Origin: the human T2T-CHM13v2.0 reference genome, Homo sapiens
DNA length: 64,000 bases
Strand: one strand, 5' to 3'
NCBI RefSeq assembly: GCF_009914755.1
Contig: NC_060933.1
The notes beneath the pieces were generated by a model. That model was not told the DNA's origin, did no database searches, and saw only the letters and a program-made list of their open reading frames with translations. Positions 30,970 to 44,135 of this stretch are shown piece after piece. A program made the translations under genes and the position numbers. The stretch's first letter is position 1. Each line of letters opens with the position of its first letter.

Positions 30970-31360
30970 AGTTAATGCCATTCACTACACCAGTGAGCAG
31001 TTTGGGAATACCATGTGTTCTGATTCTGGCCAAGGAGCTGTGTGGGAGAGGTTTTTAGAAAGGCTTTTTGGAAAAGTTTTCTTATCCCAGGAGAAGACCA
31101 CAGGAAAGACAATGCCTTTCTCTTCAAGGCATCTCCATGCTTGAACGGGATGCTTGGAACTGCTGCAGCCAATTGCTTCTGGCCTGAGGTTGAATTTAAC
31201 ACTAGGAATGGCAGAGCAGAGAAGTGGGGGTCCTTGCTGACATCCCTGAGCTGCTGATTCAATCATCCCTGTGGCCCACCTATCCTCTGGAATCCCTGGA
31301 ACATGAGAGAATGCAAAAATACATTTCCTTTCTGTAGAAGTTAGTTTGGGTTTCTGATCA
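30970..31360 (+). mobile_element. Old MaLR LTR (MLT1J/K/L-like)
   Basis: ttctggccaa..gatgcttggaactgctgcagcca..ggatggcagagcagag-like..tccttgctgacatccctgagctgctga..gggtttctg. Confidence 0.65.
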
Positions 31361-31929
31361 CGGTGGTTGAAAGCCTCCTAAATGAGTCACTAGAAAATGG
31401 TGAGCAGTCCAAGCTGGCTAGAGCAGAAAGTACCTGAAAGGAGCTGAAAGGAGAGGTGGCTGGGAAGGTAGGCTGGGAGCAGACCTCACAAGCCCCTGCA
31501 TGCCAGGCCAAAGAATCTGTAAATAATGGGGAGCCATTGACAGTTTTGGTAAGTAATGGGGAGCAGACTCTCGGAACAGATGGGATAAATATTGGTGCAA
31601 ATGCATGGTGTAGCTAGCAAAGGACCCAATTAGATTCAGACTTCTCTCTGCTGAGAGAAAAAAATGCATCTTTCGAGCAGCATCTTAACCAGACTGGGAA
31701 CAGTATGGAAAGGACGTGGGCGTGAGTGACGATCAGGTTCCCGGGCATTGGTCTCAATGGTCACACTCATACACAAATGCTGCCCTTGGCTGCAGCCTCA
31801 CCAGCGTCATGTGTGAAACCAAACAGTTGGTTTCTCCGCTTTCCTTGGCAATGGCAAAGCCCCAGTTGGAGCCCCGTGTTTGTGCTAAACTCCAGGCGGC
31901 ACAGTTCTGATTTATAACTTTTTAAAATT

Positions 31930-32330
31930 ATTATAAATGTGATTTCTTTTCATTGTAGAAAAATTGGAAAATACATATAACAAAAAGAAAAAAATAGTTT
32001 TTAATCTAGCACCCAAAGACAAATCACTGATAACATTTTGTTGAATCCATTCCAGACTTTGTCTCTCTCTCTGGGTATACATTGAGTAGACAAAAACGGT
32101 ATCATAACCTATAATCTTTTTTTCACTCAACAATATATTGTGAGTGACTTCTCATGTCCATTAATATTTTCTACAACATTATTCTTAATGACTCTATGAA
32201 TTTCATTCTAATAAAATATCATGATTTAACCACTGTCCATGGTTCAATATTGATACTATTTCTAGTGTTTGCTATTATATACATAAATGATGTTGCAATC
32301 AGTAGCCTTATCCTTTTAGAATGGAATTCC
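31930..32330 (-). mobile_element. L1ME-like 3' fragment
   Basis: cattgtagaaaaattggaaaatac..ttttttcactcaacaatatattgtgag..tttgctattat. Confidence 0.65.
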
Positions 32331-33295
32331 AAAGTAAAATTGCTATACAAAGGCAAAATAACATAAAAATAAAGTTAAAAAAATTCAAATTCTCTTTTTA
32401 ATGAATTATGTGGTTCTCCAATGTACATTTTTCCAAGCTTAGATAAATGTCTAGATAATTCATATCTATATCTATATATAAATATATACATATCTAGATA
32501 ATTTATAACTTAAATATGAGTATATATTTAGAATATATATAGAATATATATGATTTGTTCTTCATAATAAAAATAGAACTGTTGTGCTCATCTGAAAATT
32601 CAGAAGAAGTATATGTCATCTTGCCCTCCCAACACACACATCTTCCTCCTAAAATTGAATGGGACTAGGTTTTCAAAGCAGAGCTACCGAGCCAACTGCT
32701 ATCAACAAGATCACCCAGGCATAAAGAGAATCAAGTCATGTTCAAGATGTGAGAGGATTTAGAGGGTCCTCCCTGACTTGGGGATTGGGTGGCTTTTTTA
32801 GAAGGTCCAGAAACATCCTTATGAACCAAGCCATGGACTAGATGTGAAGCCTCCCTTGTCCCCTCTCCTACCCTGGGGCCCTGGAGAGGTGCTCTGCTGG
32901 CAGGAAGAAGCTTTCAAGCTTGTAGAGTCTCCTCTGATCCTCCACTGTCATGAACTGTACCTATGTGCAGTCTCACCCTAGGGCACAACAGAGACCTAGC
33001 ATCCCCAGCCTCTTCCACCAGATGATTCACATCCCAGAGGCTCTCCTTATTGCTTCCTCTGGATCATGAGTGCATCAGGACCAAGGCCTTCAAGAATGAT
33101 GCAGACAACAGCAGCCTCATGCTGAACAATTCAGCATGTTCAGAGGGTGCCATGAGACTCCATCATCTCAGCTGATCCTCCCAACTGCCCAGTGAGGTAG
33201 GTACAATAGGCATCCTCATCCCCAGTTTGTAGGTGAAGAGACTGAAGCTCAAAGAAGTGAACTGATTCACTCAAAGTTGTAGAGCTGTTTACCAC

Positions 33296-33700
33296 TGATA
33301 CGGTTTGGATCTGTGTCCCACCAAATCTCACGTCAAATTGTAATCCCTCATGTTGGAGGTGGAGCCTGGTGGGAGGTGATTGGATCATGGGTGTGGATTT
33401 CTCATGAACAGTTTAGCGCCGTCCCCTTGGTGGTGTTCTCATGATAGCAAGATCTGATTGTTTAAAAGTGTGCAGCACCTCCCCGACTCACTCTCTCTTG
33501 CTCCTGCTCCCGCCATATGAGACTGTTTGCTCCCCCTTCACCTTCTGTTGTGATTGGAAGCTTCCTGAGGCCTCCCCAGAAGCAGAAGTTGCTATGCTTC
33601 CTGTACAGCCTGCAGAACCGTGACCCAATTAATCTCTTTTCTTTATAAATTACCAAGTCTCAGGTATTTCTCTGTAGCTATGTGAAAACAAACTAATATA
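33296..33700 (+). mobile_element. MSTA MaLR solo LTR inserted in a MIR
   Basis: tgatacggtttggatctgtgtcc..ccaaatctca..aactaatata. 5-bp TSD accac/gccac. MIR sequence on both sides. Confidence 0.92.
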
Positions 33701-34702
33701 GCCACAGAGCCAGGACCTGCCCTTAAGACTCAGGTTAGGAAACGACCCAGTTACCACTCTGAGTTTCTTTTTGCCAGAGCCATGCTATTTGCACTCCAAT
33801 GAGATGTTCTGTCCTATATTCTCATATCATTTCTTTTTTTTTTTTTTTGTCATGGACCCAGGGCTCTCAAGTGGGTTTGCACACTCACATTTGTGGCCAT
33901 GGATGAGATGAAAATTATCTTTTCAATCGGCCTTTCTCTAATCCCTCTTCTATCTGCTTCTCTGTGATGTAAAGGTCTACATCAATCATGAGCTCCATTC
34001 CTCCACCACCAACAGTTTCTGTGATACTCAAGAGATAAATAATAATATTGCTACCAGCTAATGCTTCCTGAATGCTTCCTGTAGACCAGGCATTATTCTA
34101 AGCATTAGTATCTCGATACTGATTATGACATGATGAGTAGTGCTGGGTAAATCGGAGTCCTTGCTCTGGCCCTCACACTTTAATAGATCTACTCTGTGCC
34201 TGCTCTGTCTTCCTTCTCATGGGTTGAGGAGCCTACAAAGCCAAGGATTCAATAAGCCAAGGAATTGTGACCCTCAAATATCGTGGACTTCAGAGCTTGA
34301 ACATTCTTAAATCTATTTCCAGGGCCAAACAGATCGTTCACACAAGATACATTGCTCTGCTGGTGTGTATATCCTGGGCCACAGGATTTCTAAGGAGATG
34401 CTGCTTACAGAAGGCAAAGGGGTGTGTGTGTGTGTGCGTCTGTGCATGCTTGAAGCTATGTGCTAGGCCCTTCAAAGTATAAGAGATAGGGCTTGGGTAA
34501 GAGAGTACTATTGGTAATAGTACTCCATTTGGACTCTTGCCCCACTCACTGCAAATTTTAGGGGAAAGCCTACCTACAGGAGATAGGTACTATTAAAAAT
34601 CCCCGTGTAGGGATTTGAGCCACATAGGCTATAAGAAACCCCAGGGTCACACGGCCAGCAAGAAGTGGATCCAGGTTTTGGATGCTTAAGCACCGTACTT
34701 AC

Positions 34703-34743
34703 TTCCTCCTACGCCTTCTCAATTGCCATGACTTCCTGGAACA
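34703..34743 (-). other. Candidate micro-exon (41 nt)
   Basis: Minus strand: tttgtctttctctgtgtttttgcag|TGTTCC..GAGGAA|gtaagt; both sites near consensus. Confidence 0.45.
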
Positions 34744-35462
34744 CTGCAAAAACACAGAGAAAGACAAATTATATTGACCTCATGATGCTTGCCAGCATTA
34801 GGGAAGAGGCAAAGGGACATCTCAGGCCCTATCCGAAAGGAGTATGTTAAATGCCATAACCTCCTTTGCATAGCAGGTTTTTCACAGTTTATTCCCCACC
34901 TCCAATCAACAAGACAATCCATTTCATCTGATAATCAGCAAGAGTGTTAGCTGGAGAAACCAGAGTAAGCGGCCAAAAGACCTTTGCTCTATTGGAGCTG
35001 TTCCTCCTTGGAAATCTCACTCAGTGATCTCAGCTGGGAACTCTGCGACAAAGACCACGTGTCTGCAAGAACCAGAGCAGCTCCTGATGGACCTGGGTGC
35101 CTCCACTGTCTTGAAGCCAAAGACATTTGATCTAAGATATGTCCTCCCCCTTGTCCAGCTTCAATGAATTGGGCAAACACCATTTTTTAAAATAAAGCAT
35201 TAAATATCAAATAAGAGAAGATAAAGTCAAAGGCTGGCTATCCCAGAAACCCCCATCCATAGATTAAAAAGACCAGGAATAATGTTAGCAAAAAGGGGAA
35301 ACAATATGTAATTAAAACTATTGCCAAAGGCAGTTGACTTCAAACACCTTGTAGTTCACTTCAATTCCGTTGTGAGTTGCTCTTTAAAACCTTTTGGGTG
35401 ACAAACCTTAAAAGTGTCATCTCTGCCCTTTTGCTTGTTGCTATGATACACATAGTACACAC

Positions 35463-35539
35463 CCAGCATCCAAGACATGGCTGTGTTGCTGACTTTCTCC
35501 ATGATGTTTTCCAGCCTTTCCATTAGTTCATCATGCAAC
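35463..35539 (-). other. Candidate exon (77 nt), one open frame LHDELMERLENIMEKVSNTAMSWML
   Basis: Minus strand: cttgcagtcccatttcatag|GTTGC..GCTGG|gtgtgt; the other two frames are closed. Confidence 0.35.
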
Positions 35540-35989
35540 CTATGAAATGGGACTGCAAGTCATAGTATAGTGTGACTATAATTTGGGGTTTCAGTTCCAG
35601 AATAACAATGGACAAATAGCATTCAAAGAGGCCAGGACAGAGTGGCAGACTGAAGCCAAAGCTGTTTTTTGGAGTCAGGGTGAGCAATGCCATGAGCTGA
35701 GTCAAGCACAAACTAGAGTCAATATCAAGGCAGTGACAGGGCAGGGATTTGCTGGGCAAACCAAACCATCCCACCAGGTTGTGATTCCCCAGCATGAGGT
35801 CCCTTTGCGGAGCTAAGCACATGCCTTCCTGATCCTTCTATGGGCTGTCTTAAAGGCACCACTCACCACCTGCTAAGGGATTGAATCAATGAACCACCTG
35901 TGGGTCAAACCATGGCACTGGAGTCACTCTGCACAAGGGTAAGACCTACAAATCAAATCACTGGGTACCTAATATATTCATTCTGTTCA

Positions 35990-36630
35990 GCCACATCCAT
36001 TCGCTCATTTAAAAATACTTTTTGAGCACTGGCCATATTCAAGTCCTGTGCTAGGCACCGAGGATTCAGAGGTAAATAAGGCATAGTCCCTGCCCTCAGG
36101 GAGGGAACATTTCAGTGGGACTGAGACATATGGACTCAGACCACATCAACAGACTGTGTTAGTTACAGCGATAAGGGCCCAAAAAATTATTCTGAAAGAC
36201 TTCTGTGTATCACACGGAAGACTTCGTGGAAGAAGTGGCTTTCAGTGGCAAAAACTACAACTACTTTTGCACCAACCCAATAATTCCAAAGACGCACAAG
36301 TGAACTGGATGAAGATAAAGTGGCATGGGAGTATTCTGGTAGAGGAGGCAACTTGTCCAAAAGTGAGAGTTTCCTAGACTATGCCAAGAACTGCTTGGAA
36401 TTCAGAGAGCCCAGAGCAAAGGATGGGGGAGAGGTGGGGGTGGAGTAGGGGGGCAGGCGGTGAGAGCTGAAGCTCAAGAGGCAGCCAAGACCATGCTCAG
36501 GGCGGTGGACCTCATCCAGAAGATAACAGGAGCCACTGAAATGTTTTAGGCAGAAAGATGGCCAGACTCACCTTTTACAAAGATCACCATGGCGAATGGC
36601 TTGGAGGGGGCAAGGCTGGGGGCAGGGAGA
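35990..36630 (-). mobile_element. L2 fragment
   Basis: tttgagcact..ctgtgctaggcac..agtccctgccctcagg..ggagccactgaa..ggcaaggctgggggcagggagacc. Confidence 0.8.
36239..36282. mobile_element. Half MADE1 (Hsmar1 MITE), single TIR
   Basis: tttcagtggcaaaaactacaactacttttgcaccaacccaata resembles the MADE1 arm tttcaatggcaaaaaccgcaattacttttgcaccaacctaata. Confidence 0.85.
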
Positions 36631-38369
36631 CCTCACCTCTGAAAACTAATAAACCAATTTCAAAATAAACAAGATTTTCTTTTTCTGCTTCTCATCTGGC
36701 TGTTATTTATTCATTAACATTTACTGAGTATCCACTCAGTATCAGGCCCTATAGTAGGCACCAGAGGTAGAAAGAATAGGACATTGGCATTGCTATGGCG
36801 TGCCTGACCACCTTGCGCAGCTCTGTGCATGTGATGGGTTTGTTCAAGGGTGCTTGTCACTGGAACTTAAGCACATGGTACTCGCTATGAAAGGCACCAC
36901 AAAACCTCCCGCTTAAGCTTTGGTTTTGATGAGAAGGCAGCACTCCCATCCCCCTTAATCCAATTAAAAGAGCTCTCCCTAGCTGTGAATGCCAGTCTGG
37001 CCACGCAAAAATCTCCTGGCCATAGAGCATGTCCCATTCCTCAGCCTGGCCTGGGCTGGTGGGCCAGTACTCCTCCCCTGAGCTGTTTCCATGGGCTGCT
37101 GGCCATACTCTGAAAAATGCACAGGTTGCCAAACTGTCAGCAAAAGCTTTAATGAATGGTTCTAATTACATTCAAGTAGCAGAGCCCACTGCCATTTTAA
37201 TCAAATCTGGGCCTGGCAAGCTTTTTGGCAGGAATACAAGAGAAAGCCTCATGAAAATCCTGCCAAAACACTAATCACCTTTTATCCGAAATTTGCTTGA
37301 TGGAGGCCTGGATGTAAAATGCTTAGGGGGAAGGAAAAAAAAAACCACCAACAACATTGTTTGGATATTTTAAGGAGCTTATTTTAGGGCTTGCCATAAA
37401 TTATTCCATGTGGGGAGGAGAGAAAATTCCAAATCAGGAGTTGCCGGGTGACTTCCCTTCAGGAACACAGTCCTCACAGAGAGGGCGAACCCCTGCGGGC
37501 TGAGACCCAGGCACCGTCAGCCAGGTCCTGGCTCACACTCCACACCACCAGAGACATATCCACAAGGCCTGGTCTGAGACCTTCCCCACATCCAGCTTTG
37601 GGTTACAAAAGGCATCCAGCCCTGCTCTGTGTCTTCGCGTCATCTCAGACCTATATGCTGACCCTAACTGGAATTCATCCTACCTAAAGTTGGGTGGTAA
37701 TTAATCTTTTTTTTTTTTTTCCAAAAGATGGCTTTCATAGTAACCACTGTGATTCTCAAAAAGGAAAGGGCTTTCTCTACAAAATCATTCAGAACAAGTG
37801 TACAGGCAATACAGGAAACTAAAACCCAGACAACTAGCAACTAGATTCTAGTCAGGGCAGAATAAATACACAGAAAGGAAAGGTTTGATGGCAAACCAGG
37901 TTCCTCTCCCCTGGGGCAGAACAAGAGGAGAAGGACTCAAATTGCAGCAAGAGGGAATTCATTTACAGATAAAAAAAAAAACTTCCTGACAATGAGGATA
38001 GACAGTGAATAGGGAACAGAGATAAGGGGTAAAATCTCCTTCACTTACTGACTCTAATCTCGGATACACTGTATCCCATCTCCAAAAGCTGGTTGCCCTC
38101 AGGTAACAAAACAAAGGTCTCTACCATCTGATTTTATTACCTTAAACACCTCAGCCATACTTCACCCAGTGGTTACCCCAAGCTAGTGGTTGGATTTTTT
38201 AACCTTAGATTGTATTTTCCACATATTTTTAATGTGGAAAAATAAAAAATAGTGAGATGTTTTTCCCCATAGTGAGGGCCCATAGTGAGATCTCTAAGAG
38301 CCCTGGGATACGAGGGATTCTGGGGTCCTTGAAAGTGTTTGACACATGCATTTCAAAGTTCCATTTTTA

Positions 38370-38750
38370 AATCCAGTCCCTGCCATTGACCTGAGACCTA
38401 GCTATAGGGCCTGAGGCTCAGGTTTTCAGTTTTTGTAACTTATAAACTGAAGATTAAAATACTTGCTCTGCCTATACTATAGAGTACTTCTAAGGATTCA
38501 ATAAGATGGTGTATATAGAAGTGCCCTGCAAACATAAAGCCACTTTACAAATATTTGCTCTTTTTGAAATTTTAGTACAAATGTAGCTATAGAAGAGTCT
38601 GAAGTCTGAAGTTGAGTCTTGAATGCCACTCATTCACTGGCTACATGAACTTGACCTTTGTTTCCTCATGTGTAAAATGTGTATAGCATTGCCTCATAGA
38701 CTTGTTGAGAGAACTAGGTGAGATAACAAATGTGAAAGCACTATGAAAAA
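38370..38750 (+). mobile_element. Two MIR fragments
   Basis: tgtttcctcatgtgtaaaatg..gcctcatagacttgttgagagaa..tgtgaaagcact. Confidence 0.7.
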
Positions 38751-39770
38751 TAAAAGAGAAATATGATTACACCAGAACATGCACACTATGGGGCCCAAAT
38801 TATACTTGTTGGATCCTGGAGATATGCCAGGAATTAAAAATTTATTCAAAGCCTGCAGCTTAATTTAAGGGGAATGAACATCTCAATGGACGTGAGGTTC
38901 AACAGAATGAATTCGCATATAAGCAATAGTTTCTCTGACTCCATTCAGGTGATGGAGTACAGCTCAGGCTACCACATCGCTAGAAGACCAGGTTGGGTGT
39001 CCAGGCCTCCAGATCATCCCTTCTGGAAGATAAAAGCATATTTAAAACCATAGAATATAATTCCTCCAGGGCTTAGGTAACAAAGGCATTTTGTAAGTAA
39101 ACTAAAAGGGATTGACTTTTTTTTGTTTTTGTTTTTGTTTGTTTGTTTTTACTCTTTAGCTGTGAAATAATTGAAGGTCATAGAATAAGCCTCCCTTTTC
39201 TATGTGAAGAATTTGGACTTAAAAAAAGTCCAAAAGATAGAAGTGTGGGGACCACATAACCAAAGATGAATACAAAAATGTGGTGGGGGCACTCAGAACA
39301 GTGTTGACAAATAGGCCAGAGTGCAGAGGGGTATAGCGAGTTCTCCAGTAAGGACCCATAAGGAAGGACAGGAAAGTGGATGGGGGTAGAAACTTGCAAG
39401 AACAGAGTTAGGAAAGCTAAGGACTAAAATAAGCTCAGAGATAAAAAACAGAAACAAGAAGAGGAGGGGAAAGAATAGAGAAAGAAGAGGAGGAAGATGG
39501 GGCAGAGGACAGGAAGGAGAAGAAGAATAAAAAGAAGAGGGGAAAAAAAATCCAACAAGCTGGACAGCAGCATTCCTGACATGAGATACTTGAACATGAA
39601 TTTTGTGGAATCTTATTAAGGGCTGTAACAAGGAAAAGAACAACTCTGGTCAAGTAAGTTTCAGAATTGTTGGATTATACAACCAATAAAGTTTCAGAGA
39701 CTTTAATATGCTAATGTATACTGAATATCTTTAAGAACAAGAAGATAAGTTTGTATATTTCCCAGATTTA

Positions 39771-40283
<513 letters not shown>

Positions 40284-40439
40284 TTATTCATTCAACAAAC
40301 ATTTGTCAGCATTTACTATATAGTAGGCCCTATCTCATGCTCTGGGAATAATGAACAAAACAGATGAGGCCTTTGCTCCCACGGAAGTTCTATTTTGTGG
40401 GGAAAAATGTGAACATGTAAACAAATATATGAAGAAGAT

Positions 40440-41103
40440 TATGGTGGGCTGAAAAATAACCCTCCAAAAATGTCCATGTTTTACTTCCTAGAATATATGA
40501 ATGTTACCTTATACAGCAAAGGGGATTTTGCAGATGTGATTGAATTAAGCATCAGGATGGGGAGATTATTCAAGGTTATCCAGGTGGTCCCTAAATAAAA
40601 TCACCAACGGCCCTTATAAGAAGGACATGCCTGTTAATCCCAGCAATTTGGGAGGCTGAGGCAAGCAGATCGCTTGAGCCCAGGAGTTCAAGACCAGCCT
40701 GGACAACATGGAGAAACTCAGTCTGTACAAAAAATACAAAAAGTAGTTGGGCCACTGCACTCCAGCCTGGGCAACAGAGTGAGACCCTGTTTAAAAAAAA
40801 AGGACACACAGGATGATCAGGCAGGGAAGGCGGTGTGATGATGGAAGCAGAGGGGGAAAAGGTGATCTGATGTGGGGCCACAAACCAAGGAATGTGGGCA
40901 GCCCCTAGAAGGTGGGAAAGGCAGCCATGGGATTCTCCCACAGAGCCCCAGTTGGAACTAGCCCCCCTAACACCTTGATTTTAGCTCCATGAGATTCCTT
41001 TCAGACTGCTGACCTCCAGAAATGTAAAACGATAAATTTATGTTGCTTTTAAAGTCACTAGATTCATGGCAATTTGTTACAGTAGCAACAGGAAACTAAT
41101 ACT
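40440..41103 (+). mobile_element. MLT1C/D solo LTR inserted into an antisense L2
   Basis: t(a)tggtgggctgaa..tgaatgttaccttat..caacaggaaactaatact. TSD aagat at 40435-40439 and 41104-41108. L2 on both sides. Confidence 0.85.
40626..40800 (+). mobile_element. 5'-truncated, internally deleted AluJ inside the MLT1
   Basis: Left arm runs to aaaatacaaaaagtagttggg then jumps to ccactgcactccagcctgggcaacagagtgagaccctgt; aaggaca flanks both ends. Confidence 0.88.
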
Positions 41104-41309
41104 AAGATCCATATTAGCTGATGAGAAGACCTTTGAAGAAAATAAAAGGGGATGTGATTGTGACTGATCGGGCAGGGACAGGCTGCTGCTTTCAACCGGT
41201 GGTCAGGGAAGGTCACTCTAAAGAAGCATTAGTTGACAGTGACACTCAAGGCAGCACTCCCCAGCTTCTCTGTTACCTTGTTCCCTCCAGCAGGGAAAGG
41301 GCTCATTGG

Positions 41310-41880
41310 CAGTTGATTCTTTGCTACTGTTGGTACAAACAACAGAGACTCAGCTTCCTTCAAGGGATGAGCAGTTTATTAAAATGATACACATGAAAAT
41401 AAAGAAACTAAGATTATCATCCAGGGCCAAGTCCCAAGGAAATGGAAGGAAAGCAGCTGCCCAACCAGACTCCAAGAAAGATGAGGCACTACCTTGTAGC
41501 CACAGAGTTTTTCAGAAATAGAAAAGTTACCCAGGATCCATAGCAGACCTGACATTAACAATACTGGAAATGGGGTGCCTCAGCCTAAGCCTTCCCATTA
41601 AGCCAACTCCTATCTCTGCCTCTGCTTCTCCTCATGTGTCTTTCTCTTTGCTCCAAATGCCAAGGGATCACTACCCTAAACTTTTGCATTAAACTCCCCA
41701 AAAGAAAAAAAATCCAATTGGTCCAAATCTTCATCATCATACCTCATTTGTCTTTGAGCATCCTACAGGCTGGTTGCCTGTGGGTCAAATGCCCACTCTG
41801 ATTCAATCAGCTATGACCAGAGTAGCCAGGTCACCAATGCATAAGGAACTGGTTAGGACCACAGCAGAGGGAGGTGGGGG
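41310..41880 (-). mobile_element. Very old MaLR LTR (MLT1L/M/N-like)
   Basis: tggtacaaacaacagagactca..tgggtcaaatgcccactctgattcaatcagctatgaccag. Confidence 0.5.
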
Positions 41881-41995
41881 TCAGACTGTTTCTTCCTGAA
41901 AAGGCTGTGAGTGGAACTCAGCACAAGGACTTATCTCAATAAGTCCAAATTCCTAAAGAGGAAAACCACTTATATCTTACCTAAACAATGTTAAA

Positions 41996-42034
41996 CACAC
42001 ACGCGCGCTCACACACACACACACACACACACAC
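41996..42034. repeat. (CA)n microsatellite with a CGCGCG interruption
   Basis: Direct reading. Confidence 0.95.
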
Positions 42035-42619
42035 TAACAGTAAAATAACAGTACCAAAATAACAGTACCAAAACTTACATATACCTTCCTGTCTTTTGAG
42101 TTGTTAAAGCATCAACTTTAACCAAGATGATTTAGAAAAGATTTATTCATCCTGGTGTCTGACCCCAAAGGTTTTTTTAGAAGCCACTTGCATCCCGAGC
42201 TCTTGGAAAGGTGGAAAGGTAATCTGAATGTGTAGAAGGTAGATGTGAGGGCAGCTGGTCCAGATGAACTTCGACACGTGTTTCTTGCTAAAATGCACGA
42301 TTCTATGACAGTTCAGGCCGATTTCCATGGGTTGGGGCAGGAATAGAGAGCCACAAGGAACCAGAGGTCAAGAAAAAGCAAGAAAGTCCAGTTTCTCTTC
42401 CTTCACCAAAGGCCAGAGATAAACCTAGGTGGGGGTTTAGTGGAGGTGAGAGAAAGCAGACAGGTGCTTCTGTCCTCTCCCTTCAGCAGAACCCATAGAC
42501 AGAGCCAAGCTGTGACTGTGGGGATAGCAGTGAAGTTTCTATGGGGTCCTGAACACCATGAAGGATGAGATGGCAGAAGGACTCCATCATTTTGGGGACC
42601 TCAACCATGAAGGTCCTTT

Positions 42620-43920
42620 CATAGTTTATCTCCTTGAATCCTTACTCTAGACCAGAGTGGCAAGGAAATATTTATTAACCCATTTCACTGATGAGGAAAT
42701 AGAGGGTTACGGAGGTAAGTACCAGTGATGTCCAGGGATCCCTGACCTCTCTATAAAGCATCACCTCCGCCTGGGCAACTCACAATGCAATGAGATACTG
42801 ATCCCAACCCCCTAGTCCCCGCCACACACACCCATCTGCCAGCTCCCTTCTTCTCCTATCATACACACAGCTTTCTGTGAGCAGACCTTCTGGATCTGAT
42901 AACCACTATTGTACTGCAAAGAATTAGAGAAAACAGTACCCTCAGAAGACTGACAAAATCTGGCCTGGGACATATGATCACCAGGCACAGCTTGGGGAGG
43001 AGGAGAAAGAGGGAGCCCAGGTTTCACTACTTACAAGCAGAGAGCCCTCATCAATGCCATTTTACCTCTAACCTCCCTCCAGCCCTTAACTGCAAAAACA
43101 TCCTCATCTGCCTGCCATCTTAGAGAGCTAAGGTAAGCATTAGTACAAAGACTGTTTTTGAAAGTGCTTAGCAAACAATAAAGCATTCTTTGAAGATTAT
43201 TGTAGGCAGAAGGAAGGCTATGTGGCCATCTCCTGGAAGCTGAATTCTCGCATCCACTCCCTCACTGTCCCAGGTGACTCCCTGCTCTCTCACCTCCAAT
43301 TCTAGCTACCATCAGCAGTAGCAGAAGGTAGGAGCTTTGTCGGAGCATTGTTATGTCCTCATCAGCTCATTGAATCTTAATCGAGTGATTGTACGGTATT
43401 TTACTGTCTATGCATGTTTTCATTATAAACCATTTCATTTATTCCTCATAACAATCCAATGTTTATAATAACCCTTTCAAGTGAGCTCTACGGGCCAAGC
43501 GCTGCTGTTAGCACCTTTATGTGCATCATCTCACCTAATCATCACAACAATTCTATGAGGCAGGTGTACTATAATTATCTCCTTATTCCAGATGGGGCTA
43601 CTGAAGCACAGAGAGGTCAGGGAACTTCCTCAAGTTCACACAGTAAGTGTCAGTGTTGGGATACACTCCCAGGATGATTGGCTTCAGAAACCATCTCTTT
43701 CTATTGAGGTAATCCGGTTCTCAGCAGTTTCCTCGTAGCATCAATTTCATTTTATTTTACACATGCTATCTCATTTAACCATCCCAACAGCCCTGTGAGG
43801 CAGGAAGTTCCATTAAACTGCAAAGGAGCAGTAAACTGATTTTTTGTGAATCCTCACACTAGCAGAGCAGGATTCATACCCGGGTCTTCTCACTCTTAAG
43901 TCTGGTGCTCTTCCAGACAC
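42620..43920. mobile_element. Cluster of MIR fragments
   Basis: cccatttcactgatgaggaaa; cagatggggctactgaagcacagagaggtcag; tctcatttaaccatcccaacagccctgtgagg. Confidence 0.75.
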
Positions 43921-44068
43921 ACGCACCTCTCTGAGAAGAAAGGTAAACACAGGCTCTTCCCAAGAAGCTCTGGAGATGATTGAGATAACAAAGGGCCAAT
44001 GGTTTGATTTTCTTTGGAAGACAGTTCTTAAGAAACTTAACATTTGATTATTGTTCCTGCATTTTCAG

Positions 44069-44135
44069 CGAACGGCAGCAGTGAGGGGGTGATGCAAATA
44101 TCAATCAGCCGACGAGCACATCAGTCATCTTCTGA
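44069..44135 (+). other. Candidate exon (67 nt), CpG-retaining
   Basis: cttaac branch-like motif, acceptor ttgttcctgcattttcag|C and donor TGA|gtaagt; 4 CpGs. One open frame, NGSSEGVMQISISRRAHQSSS, which I do not recognise. Confidence 0.4.

Noticed and set aside
36239-36282. miR-548-family precursor
   Set aside because: Only one MADE1 arm is present, so no hairpin can form.
42042-42072. 14-bp tandem repeat AAAATAACAGTACC twice
   Set aside because: Ordinary slippage duplication.
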